From NCBI GenBank assembly GCA_048267165.1, contig JBLWYD010000008.1, forward strand, positions 34,806 to 98,805: a DNA stretch of 64,000 bases. The letters run 5' to 3'. The stretch is from Bacteroidota bacterium. Lineage in GTDB: Bacteria > Bacteroidota > Ignavibacteria > Kapaibacteriales > UBA2268. The position numbers and the translations under genes are program-made. Shown here piece after piece: positions 8,564 through 18,031 of the stretch (position 1 is the stretch's first letter; each line of letters opens with the position of its first letter). The notes below the pieces were generated by a model. It had not been told where the DNA came from. It was given only the letters and a program-made list of their open reading frames with translations, and did no database searches.

Positions 8564-9535
8564 CTATCTATCTTTTTTTAATATTTCTTCAATGTTGGAA
8601 AGTATTTCTGCACTTCTCACAATTGGTTGGTCATCGAATAGCAATTCGAAGTTAGAAGCAATGATTTCTTCAGGATGGATTATATACTGTGTGTTCGAAC
8701 CTATTTGTTCGAAAAACCCAGTGATTTCATTGATTAGTAGTATTTTTTCTTTCCCATTTTCTACGAATAGTTCCATTTTATTATCACTATTCTTTATTAA
8801 TTTCAGAAAGCCAACTCTCATGTAGTCGAACATCATACCACCACTATACTCTCTTTCAGAATATAGAACCATAGCACATAATTCTTCTTTTCCATTAGTA
8901 TCTTTAAGATTAATATAAGCATCTATATTTGGCGCATCAGGATTAGAGAGAGTGAAGTTCTTCAAGTCAGTTGTGATTTCTATTTTGTTGCATGTAGTGA
9001 AACCGATAACTGAGTATAGTTCCGAACGGAGCTGCGGATTATATCTAGAAATAACGTGGAATAGTTCGTGGGCAATAACATTCTTGATTTCGGATTTATG
9101 CATTTGTAATACATCTTTACTGAGAACTATATAATTCAGACGAGTATAGCCACCAGCGCCTTTGTTCTCATCCATAGTAGTTTTGATGAAAGCGATTTGC
9201 TCAGGTAAAATGAAGTTGAACCCTAGCTTAGTGGCTCTTTCAGAAATATCTTTCGTAAGTGAATCGAGTGTAAACCTCTCGTCTTCTTCCCAATCTAGAA
9301 CTTGCTCTTGAGTAAATGCATTCAGATTCTCAATATTGGGTTCACCAATATGTACACGAAGCTCCAAATCAAACTTAGATAACGAACGCGAATAATCATC
9401 ATCCTGTACTATCAACTCTCTTCCTTCCTGAGCAGTAACGAATTTTGAAACTGAGTATATATCTTTAGAAAATACATTACCGAATGCTAAAACTAGTGTT
9501 AGAATTAAGAGAAATGGAAGCTTAATATTTTTCAT
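8564..9535 (-). CDS. Secreted HExxH zinc-metalloprotease-like protein
   Basis: Signal peptide MKNIKLPFLLILTLVLAFGNVFS when started at the ATG at 9535. HELFH motif, with a possible downstream third ligand region IHPEE. The ORF-track 5' extension to 9691 looks non-coding. Confidence 0.55.
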   Translation of the reverse strand: MKNIKLPFLLILTLVLAFGNVFSKDIYSVSKFVTAQEGRELIVQDDDYSRSLSKFDLELRVHIGEPNIENLNAFTQEQVLDWEEDERFTLDSLTKDISERATKLGFNFILPEQIAFIKTTMDENKGAGGYTRLNYIVLSKDVLQMHKSEIKNVIAHELFHVISRYNPQLRSELYSVIGFTTCNKIEITTDLKNFTLSNPDAPNIDAYINLKDTNGKEELCAMVLYSEREYSGGMMFDYMRVGFLKLIKNSDNKMELFVENGKEKILLINEITGFFEQIGSNTQYIIHPEEIIASNFELLFDDQPIVRSAEILSNIEEILKKDR

Positions 9536-9612
9536 ATAAATAGAAGATTTGATTATTATTATTTTCTTAAATCTAATAAAAAAATCTGATTTATTTATAT
9601 CAATTAAGCTTA

Positions 9613-9695
9613 TGCGGTGAATAAAATAGCTATTCTCCGCATAAATTAGGTCGATTAACTTGTTTTTGCGGTGAATAAACTGGCTAATCACCGCA
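9613..9695. promoter_or_regulatory. Two copies of a 29-bp dyad-symmetric motif upstream of the metalloprotease gene
   Basis: tgcggtgaataaaatagctattctccgca (9613-9641) and tgcggtgaataaactggctaatcaccgca (9667-9695), 25/29 identical. The outer arms tgcggtga / tcaccgca are inverted repeats. Confidence 0.5.
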
Positions 9696-9901
9696 AATAT
9701 TATGTCGAATAGCTAGAGAATATTCTGGAAATGACTTATTTACAATTGTATTAATTAGATTTGATAGAAAAAGGTATATTAGTGCAAGGTAATTCTGGTG
9801 GAAGAAGTACTAGTTATGAGCTTAAGGGATGAGTAAAGGAATACTGCATAAATTTATAAGTTATTAGCTTTATATTTATCGTGACTTATTTCCATAAATC
9901 A

Positions 9902-10333
9902 CTATAATGGTCTGCAGAATATAGTAATTATAGAATCTTTTTTCAAACTTATAAAGAAATAAAGGAATTTATTCTTTAACCTTGGACTGCTATCTTCATA
10001 TTCAACTAGAAAATAACCACCCTCGAATGAGTATGCACCTGATTTAAGCCCATTTCTTCTATTATAGCTATGAAGACTATCCATTTTAAAACCTAAGTCT
10101 TCAAATTTCTGATGTTCCATTATCAATTTTTTAGTATTGTTATAGTATTCTTCATCTACAACAATGTTTATTGTCTGCAAATAATCTCCAAAAGCAGTGT
10201 CTTGTAATACATTATAACTCTTAGGCGACTTCAAAGGTAAAAATTCAGTCATCTCATCTACACTATATCTAGTTTGACAAGATATTAAGAGCATAATTAG
10301 TATTATTACTAGTATTTTAATGATTTTATTCAA
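9902..10333 (-). CDS. Hypothetical lipoprotein
   Basis: Lipobox-type signal MNKIIKILVIILIMLLISC. Low GC. No domain recognised. Confidence 0.5.
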   Translation of the reverse strand: MNKIIKILVIILIMLLISCQTRYSVDEMTEFLPLKSPKSYNVLQDTAFGDYLQTINIVVDEEYYNNTKKLIMEHQKFEDLGFKMDSLHSYNRRNGLKSGAYSFEGGYFLVEYEDSSPRLKNKFLYFFISLKKDSIITIFCRPL

Positions 10334-10348
10334 TTGTTACATTACAAA

Positions 10349-10564
10349 TTATTGTTTTTCCCATATAGAATAAGGAACTCCAAATTCTTCAGAAGCTTGT
10401 GATTTACATTGATCTAATGTGTCTTGATGATGATCATATAAATCTTTACCATCCTTATAAACGATTAAATACCAAGAAGCGCTTCGTAAATCTTCAACGA
10501 TTTCAAAATCATATTCTTCTGTTTTTGCCTTGTACAGCTCACTTTTTCTATTTCCATTACTCAT
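10349..10564 (-). CDS. Small hypothetical protein (71 aa)
   Basis: Co-directional ORF 15 nt upstream of the lipoprotein gene. No domain recognised. Confidence 0.35.
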   Translation of the reverse strand: MSNGNRKSELYKAKTEEYDFEIVEDLRSASWYLIVYKDGKDLYDHHQDTLDQCKSQASEEFGVPYSIWEKQ

Positions 10565-10641
10565 GGTTTTCCTCTAAAATAAATTCTAGCAATAGGATTA
10601 AAGGCTGAACAGTAAATGACAGAACTTGCCAAACTCTTTCA

Positions 10642-11016
10642 TTATTCAATTACAAATACTATATAACATTTCTTATTAAGTCTTTCTGCTGTTTTACTGG
10701 CATTAGATATTCCCTCTTTTGCTAAGATGTAACTTCTTTGCAGATAATCTTCTCTGCTTTCGTTATCATCCTGATCACAATACCAATTCAAATAAAGGTA
10801 CCTATCTCCCCACAATTGATATGCAATGATAAGTTCATTATTTTCTTCTGATATAATATCACCGCCTAGTATTGCTACTCTGCTACTTCTCAATAATTCC
10901 AATGATTGTAAAGCATCACTAACTGTTAATGCCATTTTATCACTACCATGATAGAATTCGGATAATTGTTTTCCTTTTTCTTTAAGAAAATCTAAATATG
11001 TGGATATGCTTTTCAT
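10642..11016 (-). CDS. Hypothetical cytoplasmic protein (124 aa), possible immunity-protein-like
   Basis: No signal peptide. An ILGGD motif is followed by an aromatic-rich YQLWGDRYLYLNWY segment. The family assignment is tentative. Confidence 0.4.
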   Translation of the reverse strand: MKSISTYLDFLKEKGKQLSEFYHGSDKMALTVSDALQSLELLRSSRVAILGGDIISEENNELIIAYQLWGDRYLYLNWYCDQDDNESREDYLQRSYILAKEGISNASKTAERLNKKCYIVFVIE

Positions 11017-11046
11017 ATACCATCCTACTTTGATAATTGTTTATAC

Positions 11047-11090
11047 AAAAAAAAGAATGCCTTGCCAACGGGGGGAAGTGTCGGCAAGGC
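11047..11090 (-). terminator. Rho-independent terminator downstream of tRNA-Gly
   Basis: On the minus strand: 11-bp stem gccuugccgac / guuggcaaggc (one G-U pair) followed by a U8 run. Confidence 0.8.
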
Positions 11091-11125
11091 ATGCAGCATA
11101 AAAGGAAATTACGACAGATGTCGTA

Positions 11126-11198
11126 GAGCAAGAGACGAGATTCGAACTCGCGACCCCAACCTTGGCAAGGTTGTGCTCTACCAGCTGAGCTACTCCTG
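11126..11198 (-). tRNA. tRNA-Gly (anticodon GCC)
   Basis: The reverse complement reads GCAGGAGTAGCTCAGCTGGTAGAGCACAACCTTGCCAAGGTTGGGGTCGCGAGTTCGAATCTCGTCTCTTGCT. It folds as a cloverleaf with a 7-bp acceptor stem (one G-U pair), anticodon loop TTGCCAA and a GTTCGAATC T-loop. CCA is not encoded. Confidence 0.93.
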
Positions 11199-11212
11199 CT
11201 TTTCGATATAAT

Positions 11213-11842
11213 TTAGAATAGTTCTGTGAACTTTTCGATAACTATATTCTTGATATTATTCATATCAACATCTGTGCCAATTTCGTTCTTTATAGAAGTT
11301 ACTTCTTTATCGTCAATCCCACAAGGAACAATATAGTCAAAATCTTTTACATTGTTGCAAACATTAAGAGCAAATCCGTGCGAAGTTACCCATCGGGAGC
11401 AATGCAGCCCTATAGCGCAGATTTTACGCTGGTTCTCTACCCATACCCCAGTTAGCCCATCTACTCGGCTAGAGGTGATGCCTAGCTCGGCTACTGTATT
11501 GATGATTGCTTCTTCTATTTCGCGTAAGAACCAATGCAAATCGGGTTTGAAATCATTGAGATTGAAGATTGGATAACCAACAAGTTGGTTTTCATTGTGG
11601 AGGGTTACGTCTCCCCCACGGTTTATGTCTATTACATTTATATTACGGCTGTCGTATTCTTCTCTAGGTAATACCAGATTGTCGTAGCTCGAATTTCTGC
11701 CCATAGTGATGACTAGTGGGTGACTGCAGAGAACTAGAGCTGACTTTTGTTCTCCATTCTGAATAGCTGTGACTAGCTCTTTTTGTTTATCCCACGCCTC
11801 TTGGAAGTCAATCAGACCCCAGTCTTGTACTTCAAAATTCAT
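11213..11842 (-). CDS. lipB: Octanoyltransferase (lipoyl(octanoyl) transferase)
   Basis: RGGDVTLHNENQLVGYPI and KICAIGL motifs typical of LipB. The ATG abuts the batA stop (TAGATG). Confidence 0.88.
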   Translation of the reverse strand: MNFEVQDWGLIDFQEAWDKQKELVTAIQNGEQKSALVLCSHPLVITMGRNSSYDNLVLPREEYDSRNINVIDINRGGDVTLHNENQLVGYPIFNLNDFKPDLHWFLREIEEAIINTVAELGITSSRVDGLTGVWVENQRKICAIGLHCSRWVTSHGFALNVCNNVKDFDYIVPCGIDDKEVTSIKNEIGTDVDMNNIKNIVIEKFTELF

Positions 11843-12835
11843 CTATGGCAGTTTCCTGAATATAGTAAATCTCAATAGCATCTCGAAGAATAACAATGCC
11901 AGTGCAGCCATAGCGAATGGATAGTACATTTCTGTATGATTACTGAAGTAAGCCACATCGACTTTCGTTTTTTCTAGCTCATCTATTTGCTTATATATAT
12001 CCGAAAGCGATTTAGTATTAGTCGCTCTGAAGTACTTGCCATCAGTTATATCAGCTATTTTTGTCAGGAGTGCTTCGTTTATTTTCACTTCTATGTATTG
12101 GCTACGCATTCCGAATGGCGTTTTAACGGGATATTTCGCTTTTCCTTTAGTACCAACAGCTATTGTATATACTCTAATACCGAAAGTCTTAGCAATCTCA
12201 GCAGCAGTCTCTGGTGAAACTGAGCCAGCATTATTATCCCCGTCAGTAAGCAATATCACAACTCTGCTCTTTGCTTCACTTTCTTTCAAACGTGAAACAG
12301 AAGTTGCCAAACCCATACCTATAGCAGTACCGTCTTGCACCATTCCAGTTTCTAGTTTATCCAATAATTCTTTGAGAATAGTATGGTCAACAGTGATAGG
12401 GCTCTGAGTGAAACTCTGTCCTGCGAACACGACTAGCCCGATTCTATCATTTGGGCGATTATCTATGAAATCTTCAGCCGTTTTCTTGGCAGCTTTTATT
12501 CTATTGGGTTGCAAATCTTCCGCTAGCATCGAAGTAGAAACGTCCAATGCAAGGACTATGTCAATCCCTTCAGTAGTTACTTTCTCCTCTCCCGAAGTAG
12601 TTTGAGGACGTGCAAGCACAATAGCGATTAATCCAATTACAATTAGTCGTATGAAAAAAGGTAAATCTCTTAGCCGAATTTTCCAGTTCTTCGTTCCTTC
12701 GAATGGCTTAGTATCCGAATAGTTAAGTGTTGTTTTTCTCTTATTAGATACGAATATCTTATATAAAATAAGAATAGGAATAATAGCTAATACCCAAAAA
12801 TATTCAGGATTTGCAAAATCTACATTATTGAACAT
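11843..12835 (-). CDS. batA: BatA-type membrane-anchored VWA protein
   Basis: N-terminus FANPEYFW plus two TM helices. VWA domain with MIDAS DVSTS and LLTDGDNN. Sits in a MoxR/DUF58 operon. Confidence 0.85.
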   Translation of the reverse strand: MFNNVDFANPEYFWVLAIIPILILYKIFVSNKRKTTLNYSDTKPFEGTKNWKIRLRDLPFFIRLIVIGLIAIVLARPQTTSGEEKVTTEGIDIVLALDVSTSMLAEDLQPNRIKAAKKTAEDFIDNRPNDRIGLVVFAGQSFTQSPITVDHTILKELLDKLETGMVQDGTAIGMGLATSVSRLKESEAKSRVVILLTDGDNNAGSVSPETAAEIAKTFGIRVYTIAVGTKGKAKYPVKTPFGMRSQYIEVKINEALLTKIADITDGKYFRATNTKSLSDIYKQIDELEKTKVDVAYFSNHTEMYYPFAMAALALLFFEMLLRFTIFRKLP

Positions 12836-13772
12836 TTTCGCCTCCCTCTATTTTGTCACTTAGTGGTTTTCCTTTCTCTACTAAATCAAATGCATATTTC
12901 AGAGATTGAGTATTATTCTCAGGTAATGGATTTGCTTTTGCAAATTTCGATAAATCAGAATATCTCGATATATATTCGAGCATAGTTACGCTTTCATTAT
13001 CGAATAGTGTTTTGCCTTGCAATGCTTCTATTAGCTCGTGGCTAGTTAGTTCTTTCGTTTTTATAATATATATTCTATAATAGTATATACGCAAGACATC
13101 GGTGATTTCAGTGTAGTACTTTTTGAAATATCCGCTTTGCCATAATCGTTCTTGTTCTATTCTTCTAAGCGATTCCATAGCCAATATATAAGGTGGAATA
13201 CTTGGGTCATATTCAATTTCTTCTTTCTCTTCTTTACCTTTTCTTTTCTTGAAATAATAGATTAGCGACGCTACAATTAGTAGGAATAGTACAATACCTC
13301 CAATCCAATAAAGCATTGAATTATCAGAATAGTTGATATTGAAAATACCTTTTATATCTTTGATTGCGAGAGTTGTATCAACTGCAGGAGAGCCGAAGTT
13401 AAGCACTAGCGAATCTGAGTAAAGTGTATCTACTGCTCCATCTTTCTCGAAGAGCATAGCCATACGAGGTATCACAAAGCGACCTGAATCATACGCAGAA
13501 ACTGTGAACCTTTTGGATAGCCCGAATGATTTACCATTCTTGACTGTGTCAACTCTTGTCTCCTCTAATAGCTCTAATCCTTCAATCTCACTAGCATCGA
13601 AAATCGGGAATACAACTTCTTTTTTCTCTGAGGATAGATACTGTAGATTTAGTGTTACCCAATCGCCAATCATCACATTGTTAGTATCCGAAGATAAGAC
13701 CAATGATTGTGAATTGGAAACTGAAATAAAACTAAAAAATAAAAATACTGTAATTAAAAACTTAATCTTCAT
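12825..13772 (-). CDS. Membrane protein: BatD-like N-terminal domain + TM helix + DUF4381-like C-terminal region
   Basis: Signal peptide, then an N-terminal beta-rich region resembling the BatD oxygen-tolerance domain, then a central TM helix (MLYWIGGIVLFLLIVASLIYYF). The tail pattern A.ESL..I......Y.KKYYTEITDVLR.Y...........T..E resembles DUF4381. Confidence 0.55.
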   Translation of the reverse strand: MKIKFLITVFLFFSFISVSNSQSLVLSSDTNNVMIGDWVTLNLQYLSSEKKEVVFPIFDASEIEGLELLEETRVDTVKNGKSFGLSKRFTVSAYDSGRFVIPRMAMLFEKDGAVDTLYSDSLVLNFGSPAVDTTLAIKDIKGIFNINYSDNSMLYWIGGIVLFLLIVASLIYYFKKRKGKEEKEEIEYDPSIPPYILAMESLRRIEQERLWQSGYFKKYYTEITDVLRIYYYRIYIIKTKELTSHELIEALQGKTLFDNESVTMLEYISRYSDLSKFAKANPLPENNTQSLKYAFDLVEKGKPLSDKIEGGENVQ

Positions 13773-16700
13773 AGCTTGACAAAACGTTTGCTTATTGTAA
13801 ATTTATCAAATTGTAATCGAATGAAATACTGTCCTGATTGTAAATCACGAACATCAAAGTCATAGTTCAATGTTGAACTTTTTATTTTATAATCATAAGA
13901 CTTTAATATTTTTCCTTGGCTGTCATATAGTTTGATACTTTTGGGAATAGAGCCCAGCTTACTTAAATCAATTTTCACATAGTTCGTAGCTGGATTCGGA
14001 TACAGAGATATGCTTTGCTCTATTTGCTTATTATTAACTGAACTTAGTGGTTCCGTATCAAAAGAAAACTTCTCGCCATAATCACTTGAATCACCACCGT
14101 GATATGCCTTTACTCTCCAAAAGTATTTTTTACCTTTCTCTAGATTGTCAACTGTATAATTGTTGTCTAAGGTTTCACCTTCGGCTATTATCTTATTGAA
14201 AAAAGTATTAGATGCCAATTGCACTCTGTAGCTAATAGCATCTAAAGAAAAAGCATCCCAAGTTAGCATTACTGATGAAGGAATGTTTTTAGATTCATTA
14301 GCAGGTGAAACTAGACCCGGTGCTCCTAATCCCGTTTGGAATTTCCATACTTCAGAGTATTGGCTAAGACCACCAGAATTAACAGCTGCAACCCTCCAAT
14401 AATATGTTTTAAATCCCAACGATAAAGCATTTTGAATTTCATTTTCATTAGTTGATATATCTGATTTATCGAAAACAATATTCTCAAATTTGGAATCAGT
14501 CGCTATTTGTACTTTGTAGAATAGTGCTTCCGAAATGGCTTCCCATTTTAATGTAGGGTTTTCTGCTACATTACTTGTATTATCCAATGGACTAACTAAA
14601 GCGATTTTATCACTCAAAGCTGAAGGGAAATTAGTAAAGTGAGTAGCATAAGCACCAGTAGCGTAAGTACCAACGGCTGTGTAGCCATCTATCTCGCGAG
14701 TATCAAGTGTGAATACGTTATTATAACCAATAGTTTGCTCAGCTTCTTGATCCCATACAGTACCTTCGGCATTCAAAAATGAAGTAACAAATAGACCTAC
14801 AGAAGTACCAGCCATATATGCTTTCTTACCATTATGTTTAACTATCTGAACTACATTGACAGCTGGACCAGTTCCAATATTGAGAACATTGCCTTCCAAA
14901 TTACCACCGACTCTTGTCCAACTTTCTCCACTATTTGTAGTATAATATAAGCTTGGTACATTATAGTTAGAAATAGCTACAAGTACTTTTGAAGCGTCGT
15001 CTGGGTCTATAGCAATTGAACTAACTGTAGTATTTCTGATGAATCCAGATTGACTTATATCAACTGGAGTCGGGTTGCCTTTGTCGGCATTGTCTATTCT
15101 ATATATTTTCCCATTGCTCGTACCATAATAGAGTACGTTTGCTGGTTTTTTAGATACAGTAATCGCTGTTATTCTTTCATTAGTATCCGAGTTTACTACA
15201 TTCGAATTCACTAACTCATCCCATTCAGTTGAAATACTATCAGGGTTTTTAACATCTTTCCAACCTGTTTCTGGGAAATCAATCATATTAACTTTAGAAA
15301 GGTCATTATTTCTCCAAACTGTTCTTCCTCCTGCCAAATAGAATTTATTATTATCATTGGGGTCAATCACAAAAGGTGTATTCCAGATAAAGTCTTTACC
15401 GCCTATGGGGTCTATTCTTGCTGCTTTTACTATCTTTCCATCTTTGCTAATTACAGACTTGTATATATTTATATCTGGGTCATACGATGAATTTTTGGAC
15501 GAGATTATAAACTTGCTGCTATCTGCTATGGCGCAGTTGAATCCGTCACCTCTTAGTATATCACTCCAAAGAGTTTTACTATCAAATTCAGAAGTATAAA
15601 TAGATCCATTATCTTGCAGTCCACCTACTATATCGCCACTTTCAGTAGCGTGGTCTATCCCAAGACTATAGAATTGGGTAGTTAAATAACCATTATTGAG
15701 TGAAATCCATTCCGTATTATCTGATCTATTATCAAGAGTTTTATGTATCCCTCCATCCGAGCCAGTAAAAGCTATATTGGGATTACTTGGTAGAAATATC
15801 ATAGCATGTTGGTCAGCGTGATGATTATTATATCTATATGTATAATCGCAATCGTTGTCAGGGCAAGTTCCGCCAACTACTTTGAAATCTTTAGTCTTCC
15901 ATCCTGAGTCAGAACGATATAAGTTCACACCGCCTATATATACAACATTTGAATCAATAGGGTGCACTTTGATAAGTAAGTCATAACCGCCTTGCGAGTT
16001 CATCTGATGACGAACTAATTCAGGGTTAGGAAGGTTATCAGTTAGCTCAGTCCATTTTCCATTTTCACCAGCACCATCACCAGATTTGTATTCATATTTG
16101 AACAAACTATGCCACAAATCCCTTCTTTGTGAATTCGTAGTTTTAAGACCATACTCAGGTGTTTCACCCAAAAAGTACATACTATTTTCATTCTTAGGAT
16201 CAATCCCAATCACAACTCTATTATAATTTTTAGGGAAGTTAGCAGGGGTAATATCTGTCCAATCTTTACCATTAGTTGAACGGAATATACCTTTAACCAA
16301 TGATGCAAATCCACCAGCCCCTGATGAAGACATAGTTGCATAAAATACACCTTTCGAAGTTACTTCTAACTCAGTATACAAACTCAAATTATTAGCAACA
16401 CCACCACCTAAGACTGGTTCCCAAGCTATACCACCATCTTCGGAACGGAATATACCACCAATAGATGTAGCAGCATAAACCTCGTCCTTATCTAATGGTG
16501 CATTAGGATTAGTTCTAATTCTATAAACGAAATCAAAAGGGTTATCCCATAACCCGATACTACCTTTGACGGTTGATTGTAGTCGAAACCAAGAGTTACC
16601 ATTGTCAGTAGATTTGTATATACCATCACCATTAACACGGGAGCCAAGTCTTTCACCAGTACCATGGTACCATATATTATGTTTCCCCGGTCTCTTATCT

Positions 16701-17149
16701 TGGTCGATAGTTGTTACGGACGGCAGCTGTGTAGCTGTAGTTGTTTTCTTCCAATTAGCACCACCATCTGTAGATAGCCACATACCAGCATCTACTCCAC
16801 CGGCTAGTATTCTATTTTCATCATCTATGTCTAGAGCAATTGCTCTAGAGCGGCCACCCATATAATAAGGGCCACGGCTAGTCCAATTATTCAGACTCTG
16901 AATTTTATTATTCTTAATATAACTAGGATTACTTTTCTTCATTTCATGAGCAAATTGCAACTCTAGCTGCCTAACATTAGTAGGTATCTCACCAGTAGCA
17001 GGGTCTTTGTATCTATCAAGTAACCATTGTTGGTATTTTTTAGTAAATGCAGGTTGTCCATCTACCTTTATTTCTGGATTCAAATCCATAAAATAATAAG
17101 CAACAGCAACAGTACAAACAGCAAGTAATACAGTAGCAATTTTTCTCAT
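13769..17149 (-). CDS. Large secreted BNR/Asp-box beta-propeller protein with FN3-like modules and a T9SS C-terminal sorting domain
   Basis: Asp-boxes STDGGANW, STDNGNSW, SEDGGIAW, STNGKDW, TNSGESW. Two P.L.W......Y.VQ.A modules. C-terminus SLYPNPATNYVKIDL...IRLQ is a typical Por secretion tail. Confidence 0.75.
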   Translation of the reverse strand: MRKIATVLLAVCTVAVAYYFMDLNPEIKVDGQPAFTKKYQQWLLDRYKDPATGEIPTNVRQLELQFAHEMKKSNPSYIKNNKIQSLNNWTSRGPYYMGGRSRAIALDIDDENRILAGGVDAGMWLSTDGGANWKKTTTATQLPSVTTIDQDKRPGKHNIWYHGTGERLGSRVNGDGIYKSTDNGNSWFRLQSTVKGSIGLWDNPFDFVYRIRTNPNAPLDKDEVYAATSIGGIFRSEDGGIAWEPVLGGGVANNLSLYTELEVTSKGVFYATMSSSGAGGFASLVKGIFRSTNGKDWTDITPANFPKNYNRVVIGIDPKNENSMYFLGETPEYGLKTTNSQRRDLWHSLFKYEYKSGDGAGENGKWTELTDNLPNPELVRHQMNSQGGYDLLIKVHPIDSNVVYIGGVNLYRSDSGWKTKDFKVVGGTCPDNDCDYTYRYNNHHADQHAMIFLPSNPNIAFTGSDGGIHKTLDNRSDNTEWISLNNGYLTTQFYSLGIDHATESGDIVGGLQDNGSIYTSEFDSKTLWSDILRGDGFNCAIADSSKFIISSKNSSYDPDINIYKSVISKDGKIVKAARIDPIGGKDFIWNTPFVIDPNDNNKFYLAGGRTVWRNNDLSKVNMIDFPETGWKDVKNPDSISTEWDELVNSNVVNSDTNERITAITVSKKPANVLYYGTSNGKIYRIDNADKGNPTPVDISQSGFIRNTTVSSIAIDPDDASKVLVAISNYNVPSLYYTTNSGESWTRVGGNLEGNVLNIGTGPAVNVVQIVKHNGKKAYMAGTSVGLFVTSFLNAEGTVWDQEAEQTIGYNNVFTLDTREIDGYTAVGTYATGAYATHFTNFPSALSDKIALVSPLDNTSNVAENPTLKWEAISEALFYKVQIATDSKFENIVFDKSDISTNENEIQNALSLGFKTYYWRVAAVNSGGLSQYSEVWKFQTGLGAPGLVSPANESKNIPSSVMLTWDAFSLDAISYRVQLASNTFFNKIIAEGETLDNNYTVDNLEKGKKYFWRVKAYHGGDSSDYGEKFSFDTEPLSSVNNKQIEQSISLYPNPATNYVKIDLSKLGSIPKSIKLYDSQGKILKSYDYKIKSSTLNYDFDVRDLQSGQYFIRLQFDKFTISKRFVKL

Positions 17150-17152
17150 AAT

Positions 17153-18028
17153 CTATCTCCGGCCTTCACGTTTTTTGAAGAATTGGCGTAGTGGAATTAT
17201 ATACGAATCATCTGTTTTCAGATTTATTATATCTACTTTATTTTTCATAAGTAAACTTTCTAAATTAGAATTATAATCACTTCGCTCTTTCTCAAATTTA
17301 GCGATTGTTTTCTTATTAGAAGTATCTACCCACATAGTTTTTCCAGATTCAGAATCAATTATGTTGACTAGACCAATATTTGGAAGATGATTTTCTTTAT
17401 CATCATATAACTTCACAGCTATCAAATCATGTCGCTTAGCAACTATTCTCAGTGGATTGTTGAATTCGGGACTGATAAAATCAGACATCAGAAATACAAT
17501 AGCTCGCTTTTTCACAACACTAGTGAAAAACTCCAATGCAGCTCCGATATCTGTTTTCTTCGATTCGGGCTCGAACTCTATTAGCTCTCTGATAATACGG
17601 AGTATATGCGATTTTCCTTTCTTTGGTGGAATGTACTTTTCTACTTTATCAGAGAAAAATATAACTCCCACTTTATCATTATTCTGAATAGCTGAAAAAG
17701 AAATAACAGCCGATAGCTCAGTTATTAAATCCTTTTTAGATTGATCACCAGTACCGAATATCTTTGAACCAGAAACATCGACTAATAGCATAGTCGTTAG
17801 TTCTCTTTCTTCCTCAAATACCTTGATATAAGCATCACCCGAACGAGCGGTAACATTCCAATCAATAAGACGAACATCGTCACCAGACTGGTATTCTCGC
17901 ACTTCGCTGAAAGCCATACCACGCCCTTTGAACGCTGTGTGATACTCACCAGAGAATAACTGATTAGAAAGACCTCGAGTTTTTATCTCTATCTTTCTTA
18001 CTTTTTTTATTAGCTCTTGAGTTTCCAC
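17153..18028 (-). CDS. DUF58 family protein (VWA-like, MoxR partner)
   Basis: EYQSGDDVRLIDWNVTAR ... LLVDVSGS signature. Immediately downstream of moxR. Confidence 0.85.
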   Translation of the reverse strand: METQELIKKVRKIEIKTRGLSNQLFSGEYHTAFKGRGMAFSEVREYQSGDDVRLIDWNVTARSGDAYIKVFEEERELTTMLLVDVSGSKIFGTGDQSKKDLITELSAVISFSAIQNNDKVGVIFFSDKVEKYIPPKKGKSHILRIIRELIEFEPESKKTDIGAALEFFTSVVKKRAIVFLMSDFISPEFNNPLRIVAKRHDLIAVKLYDDKENHLPNIGLVNIIDSESGKTMWVDTSNKKTIAKFEKERSDYNSNLESLLMKNKVDIINLKTDDSYIIPLRQFFKKREGRR

Positions 18029-18031
18029 GGT

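Noticed and set aside
9536-9691. 5' extension of the metalloprotease ORF (start at 9691)
   Set aside because: The extension is Ile/Lys-rich with no signal peptide and contains the two dyad repeats. The ATG at 9535 yields a canonical signal peptide.
8418-11125. Direct repeat of the tRNA-Gly 3' end (att site) marking an island boundary
   Set aside because: By eye I did not find a partial copy of gagattcgaactcgcgacc in the islet or its far border. A proper alignment is needed before claiming an integrated element.
11987-12605. Plus-strand ORFs 11987..12217, 12036..12407 and 12408..12605
   Set aside because: They are antisense to batA. They have Ser/Leu-rich shadow-frame composition.
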